DNA of 64,000 nucleotides from Alphaproteobacteria bacterium (GTDB taxonomy: Bacteria; Pseudomonadota; Alphaproteobacteria; G965222575). Position numbers and translations under genes: made by a program. A model generated the notes under the pieces. That model was not told the DNA's origin and did no database searches. It worked only from the letters and a program-made list of their open reading frames with translations. The first letter of the stretch is position 1. Each line of letters opens with the position of its first letter. Location of the stretch: NCBI GenBank assembly GCA_965222575.1, contig OZ244958.1, positions 928,001 to 992,000 on the forward strand. The letters are read 5' to 3'. Shown here in pieces: positions 54,603 through 64,000 of this stretch.

Positions 54603-54806
54603 ATGGATAAAAAAGAGCCCTTAGAATGTAAGCTATTTAGTCAAGAGGATGTTTGCAAAAGATATGATATTACCAGTCAGACTTTGCTGTATTGGCATCG
54701 GAAAAAAACTGCGCCTCAGCGTCTTAAAATTGGACAAAAAGTTTTTTATCGCTTAGAGGATTTGGTTGCATTTGAAGCCACTAAAATTATGGAGGAAAAA
54801 TCATGA
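54603..54806 (+). CDS. AlpA/excisionase-like HTH (Cro position)
   Basis: TLLYW...PQRLKIGQKVFYRLEDL; divergent from the repressor. Confidence 0.8.
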   Translation: MDKKEPLECKLFSQEDVCKRYDITSQTLLYWHRKKTAPQRLKIGQKVFYRLEDLVAFEATKIMEEKS

Positions 54807-54844
54807 AGGTGTTGACAACCCAGAAAGCATTGCTTAAGGTAGGG

Positions 54845-54901
54845 GCAAGGTCTCAAAACCTTGTACAAGCGGTCACCGCCCCCGTCGTGCGGTTTTTTTA
54901 T
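54845..54901 (+). ncRNA. c4-a1b1-like two-hairpin element
   Basis: CAAGGTCTCAAAACCTTG hairpin, then AGCGGTCACCGCCCCCGTCGTGCGGTTTTTTTA. TTGACA lies upstream at 54812. Resemblance to phage C4-related motifs is from memory. Confidence 0.45.
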
Positions 54902-55025
54902 GACGACATTATGCCTTGGGGGTTAGTACCCATAAGTCAACGTAGCCTATCTTGTACAGGGTTTTATTACCCCCAGGGTATTTTATGCTGTGCCCGCTTG
55001 AGAATAACAAGTGCGGGGTAAGGTC

Positions 55026-55562
55026 ATGCCGTTTTTCCAGAGATGTAAAGTATGTGGTCGGGCAGATCACACGAATTTTCATGTGCCGGATGATGTTTGG
55101 TATAGGGTTGTCCCTCAAGAATATAAAGACTCGGTTGTGTGCCTCTGTTGCTTTGACCATTTTGCTACTGCTAAAGGCGAGGATTATATCCATGAGTTGG
55201 AGGAAGAGTTTGTCTTTGCTGGGAACAAGGTCTTTTGTTCCGCTAATATCTTTAAGCGGTGGAGTACTATAGACTTTGAGCAAGGGAGAATGGAAACAGA
55301 TGTCTGCACAAAGACCTGCAAAGTGTGCCTAAGACAAGACTATTTAAGACATGAGGTCATAGATAGAAAATTATGGAAGCAGATTGTTCCAGTGGAGTTT
55401 CATTCAAAAAATGTTTGTCTTGCGTGTCTGGATGACTTTGCTTCTGGTAGAAACAAAAATTACAGCAAAGCCTTAGGGAAAGACATTGAGTTTTGGGGCA
55501 AAAGCGGTGGGTTTCAAGCCCGCATCCACGATATTACCATAGCAACCCCGGTGGGGTCATGA
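55026..55562 (+). CDS. Hypothetical protein with two tandem Cys4 repeats
   Basis: CKVC...W..VVP.....VCL.C.D.FA occurs twice. Confidence 0.7.
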   Translation: MPFFQRCKVCGRADHTNFHVPDDVWYRVVPQEYKDSVVCLCCFDHFATAKGEDYIHELEEEFVFAGNKVFCSANIFKRWSTIDFEQGRMETDVCTKTCKVCLRQDYLRHEVIDRKLWKQIVPVEFHSKNVCLACLDDFASGRNKNYSKALGKDIEFWGKSGGFQARIHDITIATPVGS

Positions 55563-55936
55563 AAAAACAACAATATCACACATACTGGGAAGACTTAGTG
55601 GCCTACTTTAAGGGTAAGGCAAAAGCTCTATTTTGCATGCCGACATACTTTCCTCCCCAAACGAACCCTACAAGAAGGGTTCCCCCTCAGCTACAAACGA
55701 AAGAGTATTTGACTACGGATGAGCTTGCCCTTAAATGGAATTTAAGTGCTTCAACTCTATCGAATTGGCGTTGGGAAGGGAAAGGGCCTACTTTTGTCAA
55801 AGTTGGCAAGAGTGTCCGCTATAAAAAACACACCATTGAAGAATACGAAAAGACGTATTTTTTTGAACGCAATAATACTATTAAAATAGGAAATGACAAT
55901 GAACTTACCGATTATTTCAGCGGAAGAAAGGCTTAA
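55559..55936 (+). CDS. HTH_17 DNA-binding protein
   Basis: LTTDELALKW...TLSNWR..GKGPTFVKVGKSVRY. Confidence 0.8.
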   Translation: MKKQQYHTYWEDLVAYFKGKAKALFCMPTYFPPQTNPTRRVPPQLQTKEYLTTDELALKWNLSASTLSNWRWEGKGPTFVKVGKSVRYKKHTIEEYEKTYFFERNNTIKIGNDNELTDYFSGRKA

Positions 55937-56756
55937 AGAGCACCACAGTATAAAGGGGTGCATTTTTGGCAAAAGCGGTATTGGCAAGACCTCATTACTT
56001 TGGACATTAAATCCAGCGGAAACGCTATTTATAGACTTAGAAGCGGGAGATTTGGCGGTTAAAGAATGGCCGGGGGATACCTTGCGTCCAAAAACATGGT
56101 CAGAATGTCGTGATTTAGCAGTGTTCATTGGCGGCCCGAATTTATCCTTGAAGAAGGAGGAAGCCTACAGTCAAGACCACTATCGTGCGGTGTGTGAAAG
56201 TTTTGGCGATAGAAAATCACTAGAAAAATACAAAACCATCTTTATTGACTCCATCACAGTTGCTGGAAGACTCTGCTTTCGTTGGTGCAAAAATCAACCA
56301 CAATGCTTTAGTGAGAGAACAAAAACACTTAATATGCTAGAAGTATATGGGCTTCATGGGCAAGAAATGATGGGGTGGTTGACGCTCTTCCAACACATTC
56401 GGCGGAAAAACATTTGGTTTGTAGGGATTTTGGACGAAAAAATGGATGAATTCAATGGCAAAGTGTACGTACCGCAAATTGAGGGGGCAAAAACAGGACT
56501 GGAGCTACCGGGCATTGTAGACGAAGTACTTGTAATGAGTGAAATCCCTGTTTCTGACGGCAAAACAGATAGGGGCTTTGTCTGCCAGACGCTTAATGAT
56601 TGGGGGTATCCAGCCAAAGACAGATCGGGAAAATTGGCGGTGGTAGAAAAAGCCCACCTTGGACAATTGATGGCAAAAATTTCTGCTCGAAAAGAGCAAA
56701 AAAAAATCAAGAATCCTATTAAAAACTCATTGGAAATGATAACAACAAGTAAGTAA
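55893..56756 (+). CDS. AAA_24 (Sak4-like) ATPase
   Basis: GKSGIGKT, FIDLEAG, IFIDSIT, PAKDRSG. Confidence 0.88.
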   Translation: MTMNLPIISAEERLKEHHSIKGCIFGKSGIGKTSLLWTLNPAETLFIDLEAGDLAVKEWPGDTLRPKTWSECRDLAVFIGGPNLSLKKEEAYSQDHYRAVCESFGDRKSLEKYKTIFIDSITVAGRLCFRWCKNQPQCFSERTKTLNMLEVYGLHGQEMMGWLTLFQHIRRKNIWFVGILDEKMDEFNGKVYVPQIEGAKTGLELPGIVDEVLVMSEIPVSDGKTDRGFVCQTLNDWGYPAKDRSGKLAVVEKAHLGQLMAKISARKEQKKIKNPIKNSLEMITTSK

Positions 56757-56762
56757 GGAGAA

Positions 56763-57383
56763 GTGAAGATGACTAATATGAAGCAATCTCATAACACTCA
56801 GTGGTATAATTTTAACACTGCTACAGATCAAACCTCTTTTGATATGATCCCAAAGGGAACTTTAGCAAAAGTCCGCCTGACAATTAAGCCGGGGGGATTT
56901 AATGACTTAGAGCAAGGCTGGACAGGGGGGTATGCTACTCAAAATCCTACTACGGGGTCGGTGTACTTGAATTGTGAATTTGTGCTATTGGAGGGAGAAT
57001 ATGCCCGGCGCAGGATATGGAGTCTCATCGGTCTTTACAGTCCAAAAGTTACTAAGGAGGGGAGAAAAAATCAATGGGGAGACATAGGACGATCCTTTAT
57101 AAAAGGTATTCTAAACTCAGCTTACGGTCTCCATCCGGAGGATATGTCTGAGACAGCCATAAAGCGGCGGTGTATTCCTGGTGTTAAGGTTTTAGATGGG
57201 ATGGACTTTGTAGCCAAAATTGATGTCGGCAAAGATCAGCATGGCGAGGATAAAAATGAGATTAGTGTTGCTATTACTCCTGAGAACCCTGAATACGGAG
57301 AAATAATGGGGACAATAGCAACGGTTTCTTCACCGCCACTGCCTGCACCACCGCCCTCTGATGTGCCGCCGTGGGCTACCTGA
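56763..57383 (+). CDS. Putative phage single-stranded DNA-binding protein
   Basis: IPKGT...YLNCEFV...RRIW with a Pro-rich PPW tail; sits between the ATPase and the helicase. Confidence 0.7.
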   Translation: MKMTNMKQSHNTQWYNFNTATDQTSFDMIPKGTLAKVRLTIKPGGFNDLEQGWTGGYATQNPTTGSVYLNCEFVLLEGEYARRRIWSLIGLYSPKVTKEGRKNQWGDIGRSFIKGILNSAYGLHPEDMSETAIKRRCIPGVKVLDGMDFVAKIDVGKDQHGEDKNEISVAITPENPEYGEIMGTIATVSSPPLPAPPPSDVPPWAT

Positions 57384-57389
57384 TGAAAG

Positions 57390-59060
57390 ATGCTTTTGCG
57401 ATCCCGTCAGAAAACTTTTGTGCAAAGGTGTCTACAAGCTCTACATAAACATGGCAATACCCTAGGCATAGCCCCTACTGGGTTTGGGAAAACAATTGCT
57501 CTGTCGGGAGTCGTAGGAGAGTTGCTGAAGAAAGGAGGGAAAGCCTGTATTTTAGCGCATCGTGATGAACTCACGCAGCAGAATATGGGAAAATTTCGTG
57601 TTCTCTATCCTCATCGTTCAACATCCATTTTTGACAGAAAGAATAAGGATTTTTCAGGACAAGTTACAGGGGCAATGGTACAGACGCTTCACCGCAATTT
57701 ATGGAGTATGCCTGTACTGAGTTTGTTAGTCATTGATGAAACGCATCATGTCCCTGCTAAGAGTTACGCAAGAATCATTAAGCGTGCCTATGAGCTGAAT
57801 CCTCACTTATTGCTATTTGGTGTTACTGCCACCCCCTCTCGTGGCGATAAAAAACGATTGCGCGCCTTTTTTTCCAATATAGGCGACCAAGTTTCTGTCA
57901 GAGAACTCATAGAATCTGGCCATCTTGTTCCGCCTAAAACCTTTGTGATGAATGTTGGGACGCAAGAAGCTTTGAAGAATGTTGCTAAAATCGCCAATGA
58001 TTACGATATGAAGCAGGTAGACGCTATTATGAACAAACGCCCTGTCTCAGAGGCTGTTGTAAAGCACTGGAAAGAAAAAGCGCACAACAGGCAAACCATT
58101 ATCTTTTGTTCTACAATTGAGCATGCGAAAAACGTTTATGAATCATTCCTAGAAGAAGGGATTCCCTCTGGTTGTCTACATGGTCAACTTAGTATCGAAC
58201 AAAGAGACAAAGTATTAAAAGACTACTCAAGTTTCAAAACGCGTGTGCTGGTAAATGTAGCGCTACTTACTGAAGGATGGGATAGTCCATCAACATCATG
58301 TGTTGTTTTATTACGCCCCTCTTCTTACAAATCCACAATGATTCAAATGATTGGTAGGGGATTAAGGCCTTTGAACAATCAAGAGTATATCAATACAGTC
58401 AAAACTGATTGTGTTGTTTTAGATTTTGGAATATCAACACTGCTACATGGGTCAATAGAGCAGTCTTTTAGCTTAAATGTGCCAGACTCAACAACACAAT
58501 CACCGAAGATATCGCCTCAAAAGGAATGTCCGGAATGCCAAGTTTTTGTCCCTATTTTTACAACAGAATGCCCAATATGTCATTACAGTTGGAAGGTCAA
58601 AGAAGAGGATAAACGGACTCTGCTCAAAGAGTTTTCAATGTTAGAGATTGATTTATTAAACAAGTCCTCGTTTGTATGGGTTGATATTTTCAAGGATGGA
58701 CAATCTTTTTTAGCTACTGGATTTACAGCATGGGGTGGCATTTTTTGCTTTCAAAAGCAGTGGTTTGCTGTAGGAGGAGGAAAAACTAAAGTCGCCCGCT
58801 TGCTCACTATAGGAGAACGAACAGTGTGCTTAGCAAAAGCCAACGATTGGCTCAATACCCATGAAACAGATGAAAGTGCCCATAAGTCTAAAAAGTGGAT
58901 TCATCAGCTTCCTACGCGCAAGCAAACGACTCTGCTGCCTTCCTGTAAAAAAATGGATTTTAATCTCACACGCTATGAAGCATCAGCTTTTCTTACATAT
59001 AAATTCCACAAGTCTGCCATTAAAAATCTTGTGATGAAGACTAGTCAAAAGGTGGCATAA
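57390..59060 (+). CDS. SF2 DEAD/DEAH-box helicase with Zn ribbon
   Basis: APTGFGKT, DETHH, TAT, LTEGWD, QMIGRGLR, CPEC..CPIC. Confidence 0.92.
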   Translation: MLLRSRQKTFVQRCLQALHKHGNTLGIAPTGFGKTIALSGVVGELLKKGGKACILAHRDELTQQNMGKFRVLYPHRSTSIFDRKNKDFSGQVTGAMVQTLHRNLWSMPVLSLLVIDETHHVPAKSYARIIKRAYELNPHLLLFGVTATPSRGDKKRLRAFFSNIGDQVSVRELIESGHLVPPKTFVMNVGTQEALKNVAKIANDYDMKQVDAIMNKRPVSEAVVKHWKEKAHNRQTIIFCSTIEHAKNVYESFLEEGIPSGCLHGQLSIEQRDKVLKDYSSFKTRVLVNVALLTEGWDSPSTSCVVLLRPSSYKSTMIQMIGRGLRPLNNQEYINTVKTDCVVLDFGISTLLHGSIEQSFSLNVPDSTTQSPKISPQKECPECQVFVPIFTTECPICHYSWKVKEEDKRTLLKEFSMLEIDLLNKSSFVWVDIFKDGQSFLATGFTAWGGIFCFQKQWFAVGGGKTKVARLLTIGERTVCLAKANDWLNTHETDESAHKSKKWIHQLPTRKQTTLLPSCKKMDFNLTRYEASAFLTYKFHKSAIKNLVMKTSQKVA

Positions 59061-59806
59061 TGTTAGAGTACAATGACAAATACCCAGCGTTTTCAAACAA
59101 ACTTGTTCACCTTATTGACAAAGCCCTAGAGGTCTCAAATGAAAAAAGGCTTTGTAAAAGTCTAGGGGCTAGCCGGTTAGGAGGCTCCTGTACTAGGGCT
59201 ATTCAGTATGAGTTTTTGAACACGCCTAAAGAAAAGGATTTTACAGGAAAAGTCTTACGTATTTTCTCTATAGGACACAGCCTAGAATCCCTAGCTGTTC
59301 AATGGTTGAAACAGGGCGGCATAAAAATCCAAACACGAAAAGACGATGGAACACCCTTTGGATTTAGTGTAGCTGGCGGAAAGATACGTGGATATGTGGA
59401 TGGCATTATTACAGTAGCACCCCCATCCTTAGAGTGGTCTTACCCGATGCTGTGGGAATGTAAATCCCTGAACGCTAAGAATTGGAGGAATCTCGTGAAG
59501 TATGGGGTATTTAAGGCTAATCTTGTGTATGCTACGCAAATTGCTTTGTACCAAGCTTATATGGAAGAAAGCTTTTCTGGCATATGGAAAAATCCCGCTT
59601 TATTCACTGCAATCAACAAAGATACGGCAGAATTATATTTTGAGCTAGTGCCTTTTGATAAAGCTTTAGCGCAAAAAATGAGTGACCGTGCGGTTCACAT
59701 CTTAAAGGCGTGTACGGCGGAAGAAACGTTGCCCCGCATCACTGACAATCCTGATTTTTTTGAGTGTAAGTGGTGTCCCTATCGTGAGCGGTGTTGGAGT
59801 GCTTAA
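59060..59806 (+). CDS. PD-(D/E)XK (Cas4-like) phage exonuclease
   Basis: LGASRLG..C, GYVDG, WECKS, YATQIALYQ, CKWCPYRERC. Confidence 0.85.
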   Translation: MLEYNDKYPAFSNKLVHLIDKALEVSNEKRLCKSLGASRLGGSCTRAIQYEFLNTPKEKDFTGKVLRIFSIGHSLESLAVQWLKQGGIKIQTRKDDGTPFGFSVAGGKIRGYVDGIITVAPPSLEWSYPMLWECKSLNAKNWRNLVKYGVFKANLVYATQIALYQAYMEESFSGIWKNPALFTAINKDTAELYFELVPFDKALAQKMSDRAVHILKACTAEETLPRITDNPDFFECKWCPYRERCWSA

Positions 59807-59807
59807 A

Positions 59808-62138
59808 ATGAAGGAGTATTGGATTACAGCAAGTGAGATTGTAAAGAGGCAATTGCCGGGGCTACCGACAAGTCGACGGGGTGTGGAGTATAAAGCAAAA
59901 GCAGAAAACTGGTCTTTTCGCTCTAAGCAAGGGAAAGGCGGTGGTAAAGAATATGCTTTATCGGCGTTACCTAAAGAAGCACAAGGAGCCTATGAAGCCT
60001 TTTCACCTCCCCCTCCCTTATCAGGTGAAAAATGGCATGATTTCAACGTAGCTGCTGACCAAAAGGTTGAAAAGCAGGTCTCTGTTGATGAGATAAAACA
60101 AGCATTACTGATGAGACTTGAAGAAGTTTTATCTCATCTACTACCAAACGGAAGAATGTGTGGAGAAGTCTTTCAAGTGGGAGATGTCCGTAACGGGCAA
60201 GGAAAAAGTCTAAAAGTAGAACTCAATAGTGGCAAGGCTGGTTTATGGCATGATTTTGCCACAGGTGAAGGAGGAGATATTTTACATTTGTGGGCGATTT
60301 GCAAAGGACTAGATGTTAGCACACAGTTTTCTCAAGTGCTGGAGTCGGCTAAGGAATGGCTAGGGTATTCTGTGTATAACAGGAAGGTAGAGACTAAGAG
60401 AAAAAGATGGGCGTATTGTGATACAGAGGGGCAGGTATTAGCAACTGTGTATCGGCAGGAGACAAAGGAAGGCAAGCGTTTCTTTGTGCAAGATGCGAGG
60501 ACACTAGAATACAAAGCTCCCACTCCCCGTCCTTTGTACAACCAGCAAGGGATAAAGGCTAGCAAGCAGGTTGTTTTGGTAGAAGGAGAGAAGTGTGCGG
60601 ATGCGTTAATAGGACAAGGGATATGCGCAACCACGGCTATGGGAGGGTCTGGTGCGTCAATGGAAAAAACAGACTGGTCTCCGTTACAGGATAAGGATGT
60701 TGTGATATGGCCTGACAACGACGTCTGTGGGCGTGGGTTTGCTAAGAAGGTGAGTGAGTACTTAAAAGGGAAAGAGGTTGCGTCTGTGGTGATTTTAAGC
60801 GTCCCTGTAGGCAAAGCTGAAAAATGGGATGCTGCCGATGCAGTAGAGGAGGGATTTGATATCAAAACTTTCTTAGAGTCTGCACAGATAGCGAGGGATG
60901 TGCCTGCTATACCTTACTATTTCAGAGAAGATTACCTTACTGATAGATCTGCTATGCCTGCGGACTTGATAGCGCCCCGTGTGTTAACGCCGGAAGGGTT
61001 GCTAGTGTTTGGGGGGGCTCCTAAAGTGGGAAAAAGCGATTTTCTGATAGCATTACTATCGCATATGGCGGCTGGGATATCGTTTTTGAATATGAAGCCT
61101 ATGCGTCCGTTGCGTGTCTTTTATCTTCAGATGGAGATTGGCTATCACTATCTCAGAGAGCGCTTGCAGTCGAAGGTGTATGACACGGACGCACTACTGC
61201 CCGCAAACAAGAATCTTGTCATTACACCGCAAGCAACAATGCTTCTTAATGAGGAGGGGGTTAAAATGGTGACAGCCACCATAAGGCAGTGTTTTCCTAA
61301 AGAACCTGTGGATATTATTGCTATAGACCCTTTGCGGTGTGTGTTTGATGGAGGTTCACAGGAGTCTTCTGAGAATGACAACACGGCCATGATGTTTTTT
61401 CTTCAAAACAGGCTTGGGGACTTGAGGAGGGGTGTCAATGCTAAAGCCGGGATTATTTTAACGCACCACACCCGCAAGATGGTGAAGAAGCAGTTTGAGG
61501 AAGAGCCTTTTCAGGCCTTTAGCGGAGCCAGTGCTTTGCGCGCATTTTACACTACAGGGATGGTATTATTTCGTCCTGATGAAGAGAGGGCGGAGCGCGT
61601 TTTGTCCTTTGAATTGCGTAATGGTGAAGCAATTGATACGAAGTTTGTGCATAAACAAAGCGGAAAATGGTTTGAGTTAGACAAAAGAGAGGTTCGTTTT
61701 AGTGGTCAAAAGCAGGGGGAGAAGCAGGATACTGAGCGTGTGCGCAAACATGATGTGATTGTGCATATTTTGTTGGAAGAGGCAAGAAAAGGGCGGATTT
61801 ACACACTGAATCAATTTGGAGAAGTATTTGAAGGAGGCAATGGGTTAGGAAGCAAGGATTCTATTAGAAGGCGCCTAGATGTTTTATGTACTAATGGAGA
61901 GGTGAAATTTATAAGAGAAGCAATTAGTGGTTTGAAAACGCCTAGGAGGTCTTCCAGTGGATTTTTATGTGTGAAGAATATGAGACTAGGACTTATGGAA
62001 TCTGTGTATCATCCGAAGACAGGGGAAAAGATTGGTCTTTATCAATCACTTTATCCTACACATTTTAAGTGTTCTAGTACAGGGGCTTTGTTACCTGTTG
62101 AAGACCGCAAGCAATGGGTTGAGAGGAAGAAAAATTGA
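59808..62138 (+). CDS. Primase-helicase (TOPRIM + AAA_25) with N-terminal Mu-type HTH
   Basis: WITASEI...LPGLP...GKGGGKEYALSALP; WHDFATGEGGD; VEGEKCAD; WPDND; GAPKVGKS; HHTRK. Confidence 0.88.
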   Translation: MKEYWITASEIVKRQLPGLPTSRRGVEYKAKAENWSFRSKQGKGGGKEYALSALPKEAQGAYEAFSPPPPLSGEKWHDFNVAADQKVEKQVSVDEIKQALLMRLEEVLSHLLPNGRMCGEVFQVGDVRNGQGKSLKVELNSGKAGLWHDFATGEGGDILHLWAICKGLDVSTQFSQVLESAKEWLGYSVYNRKVETKRKRWAYCDTEGQVLATVYRQETKEGKRFFVQDARTLEYKAPTPRPLYNQQGIKASKQVVLVEGEKCADALIGQGICATTAMGGSGASMEKTDWSPLQDKDVVIWPDNDVCGRGFAKKVSEYLKGKEVASVVILSVPVGKAEKWDAADAVEEGFDIKTFLESAQIARDVPAIPYYFREDYLTDRSAMPADLIAPRVLTPEGLLVFGGAPKVGKSDFLIALLSHMAAGISFLNMKPMRPLRVFYLQMEIGYHYLRERLQSKVYDTDALLPANKNLVITPQATMLLNEEGVKMVTATIRQCFPKEPVDIIAIDPLRCVFDGGSQESSENDNTAMMFFLQNRLGDLRRGVNAKAGIILTHHTRKMVKKQFEEEPFQAFSGASALRAFYTTGMVLFRPDEERAERVLSFELRNGEAIDTKFVHKQSGKWFELDKREVRFSGQKQGEKQDTERVRKHDVIVHILLEEARKGRIYTLNQFGEVFEGGNGLGSKDSIRRRLDVLCTNGEVKFIREAISGLKTPRRSSSGFLCVKNMRLGLMESVYHPKTGEKIGLYQSLYPTHFKCSSTGALLPVEDRKQWVERKKN

Positions 62139-62200
62139 CATGGCGGGCTTCCTACTAGTGGGTCCCCCGCTAGCGGGTTTCTCACTAGTGAGTTTCCCAC
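62136..62200. repeat. 15-bp-period palindromic iteron-like array
   Basis: CCTACTAGTGGG (62151), CCCGCTAGCGGG (62166), CTCACTAGTGAG (62181), with partial flanking copies. Confidence 0.65.
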
Positions 62201-62205
62201 AGAGA

Positions 62206-62241
62206 AAAAGCCCTAAAGGGTCACATTCCGTTTAGGGTTTA
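62206..62241. terminator. Possible bidirectional terminator
   Basis: AAAAGCCCTAAA...TTTAGGGTTT between convergent genes. Confidence 0.4.
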
Positions 62242-63006
62242 TTCAACTATTTTATAACGATTTGATTTAATTAGGGTAATACTATTATAGTTATCAGTAT
62301 CTTTGAAGCCGTATTGCCAGAGACAATACAGCTCTTCCCTCTTCTCAAAAAAAACTAAAGAAACAGGCTTGCTTGTTTGTTGTTGCCACTGACGGAATGG
62401 ATAATATATCTGTCGAATTATTATATTGTTTGTATTAGAATTCTTTGCTTCGACTAAAAGAACATTGTTTTTGCCCTCATATCCAGCATCAATCTCTGTT
62501 TGAACACTTTTCACACAGAGACGTTGTTGATATTTGCCAGCAAGAAATGAAAACTTAGGTGTAAATTTTCGCCCTCTTATTGTGAGAATCAGAGTAGAAT
62601 CTCCCATAAATCTACGAATTAAACTCGTTGCGTAAGCATAGTCTAAATGTTGCATCTCAGAATTTCCAACTTGAGAAGTATCTGGAGAAAATGAAAGTTG
62701 CGACTTATACCGCAGTATTTCAGTATCAATGTCAGGAATATCTATATATCCTTCGCCTTTAATAATGGCATATATTCCATTTTTTATCGGAAGAATAAAA
62801 AGGTCATTTTCTTGAAAGATTTGAGGGCGATCATGACGAGAATCCTGCTTACATAAGAGACGAACTTCTTTATCTCCTGTATCAGTAAAATTTTGACAAG
62901 CTTTCTTTATTGCTTTGTTATCAATAGTAAAAGGCTCACGAGAAAAATCATGATCGATAACTTTATGATCATCAAAAATTTTTGCCCATGATTCATCCGC
63001 AGCCAT
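62239..63006 (-). CDS. Putative type II restriction endonuclease
   Basis: QTEIDAGYEG...VEAK PD-(D/E)XK core, IIRQIYYPFR; directly downstream of the MTase. Confidence 0.75.
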   Translation of the reverse strand: MAADESWAKIFDDHKVIDHDFSREPFTIDNKAIKKACQNFTDTGDKEVRLLCKQDSRHDRPQIFQENDLFILPIKNGIYAIIKGEGYIDIPDIDTEILRYKSQLSFSPDTSQVGNSEMQHLDYAYATSLIRRFMGDSTLILTIRGRKFTPKFSFLAGKYQQRLCVKSVQTEIDAGYEGKNNVLLVEAKNSNTNNIIIRQIYYPFRQWQQQTSKPVSLVFFEKREELYCLWQYGFKDTDNYNSITLIKSNRYKIVE

Positions 63007-63022
63007 TTACTTTTATCCCTTA

Positions 63023-63949
63023 TTATGGATAATTCCTAATGATCAGCTCAGTTACCTTGCCTCTTTGGTCTCCTTTACAAGAAACAGACCTAGAAGCACT
63101 GACAACATCCATATGGTACGCATGGTATAGAGACCTGACAAATCGGGTAGCGCTGTTGGAAAGAAGAAAATGTGATCCTTGAGAATTGATCTTATCACAG
63201 AATGTTGCAAGATTTTCATGGTCTTTATGGCCAAATCCTGCTCCATTATATTGGTCGTATGTTTGATGATAGGGAGGATCAAGGTAGTACAATGCATTTT
63301 TGCATGGGGTCAATTTCATAAAATCGTGCTGGTATATTTCTGTTCCTTGTAGGGCTTTTGAGCAATTTCTTAAATTGCTTTCGTCTAGTATTGATGGATT
63401 TGTGTATGAGCCAATGGGAACATTAAACTCTCCCTTTTTGTTCACTCTGTATAGTCCATTAAAACAGGTCTTATTCAAGTATATAAATGCCCCTGCTATT
63501 TTAACAGGACTTGCTTCATTGTTCAGTTCTGATCTGACTTTTTGATAGTATGCCTGACTATGTTTCTCTTTGTGCTGTTTTATCTGTTGGAGTATATCCT
63601 CTAAATGATCTCTTACAACTTGATACGTCACCATGAGATGAAAATTTATATCGGATAGATAGGCTTTTTTGGGCTTTATCTCAAAAAACACTGCGCCACC
63701 ACCAACAAACGGTTCAAAGTAATTATCTTTGAACTTACTCATATTTATATATTTTTTCATTTCTTCAAGTATAGAACGTTTGCCTCCTACCCATTTCACA
63801 AATGGTTTAGTGGGAGATATGATTTTTTCCCTGTTTTGATAAGCAACCGCACTTAAAATCTCATTGAAGGTTGCTTGTATTAGCTCATGATTTTTTCTTT
63901 GGCTAGTCATATTGATTTCTAAAAAAGTTTTCCTTACCGAAGACTTCAT
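63023..63949 (-). CDS. Dam-family (D12 class) N6-adenine DNA methyltransferase
   Basis: KPFVKWVGGK, YFEPFVGGGAV, FNGLYRVN, YLDPPY, LSNS. Confidence 0.93.
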   Translation of the reverse strand: MKSSVRKTFLEINMTSQRKNHELIQATFNEILSAVAYQNREKIISPTKPFVKWVGGKRSILEEMKKYINMSKFKDNYFEPFVGGGAVFFEIKPKKAYLSDINFHLMVTYQVVRDHLEDILQQIKQHKEKHSQAYYQKVRSELNNEASPVKIAGAFIYLNKTCFNGLYRVNKKGEFNVPIGSYTNPSILDESNLRNCSKALQGTEIYQHDFMKLTPCKNALYYLDPPYHQTYDQYNGAGFGHKDHENLATFCDKINSQGSHFLLSNSATRFVRSLYHAYHMDVVSASRSVSCKGDQRGKVTELIIRNYP

Positions 63950-64000
63950 CCATAATGAGACGGATACGGGTATTCAATCAATCGCAGTGGACATAGATAC

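Larger units (their letters stand above)
20381..64000. mobile_element. Defective prophage; right end probably beyond the window
   Basis: att, integrase, lysis, tail, immunity and replication modules. No terminase, portal, capsid or tape measure seen. The intact tRNA end is not in the window. Confidence 0.8.

Noticed and set aside
59060-59806. Cas4 serving the CRISPR locus
   Set aside because: It is embedded in the phage replication operon 56 kb away and is a standard phage exonuclease.

Overview
Accessory region of a probably host-associated bacterium; the prophage genes look alphaproteobacterial (inference). From left to right: (1) the 3' part of ppdK. (2) A cas1/cas2-less CRISPR locus with 36-nt hairpin repeats and mostly 30-nt spacers. 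It is split into two sub-arrays, each with an IHF-site leader, and sits beside a 409-aa basic protein with one intact (RHILHH) and one degenerate (EQNFRH) HEPN-like motif. This candidate ultra-compact type VI (Cas13-like) RNA-guided system is the main finding. (3) A defence-like island: a DUF6731-like plus membrane protein pair inside a ~450-bp direct repeat, and an Hhe-like DUF4011 SF1 helicase-nuclease. (4) A double-GH108 muramidase with a Pro-rich tail and tandem cassettes of secreted ankyrin proteins, each with its own promoter. (5) A tRNA-derived att site at 20381-20426, then a defective prophage running to the window end. It carries an integrase, two Fic genes, lysis genes, three tandem collagen/S74 tail-fibre cassettes and a tail tube, but no head or tape-measure genes within the window. 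It also holds a ~146-bp tandem array, ImmA/XRE immunity genes, a replication module and a type II RM pair. All family calls come from motif recognition by eye, not database searches.
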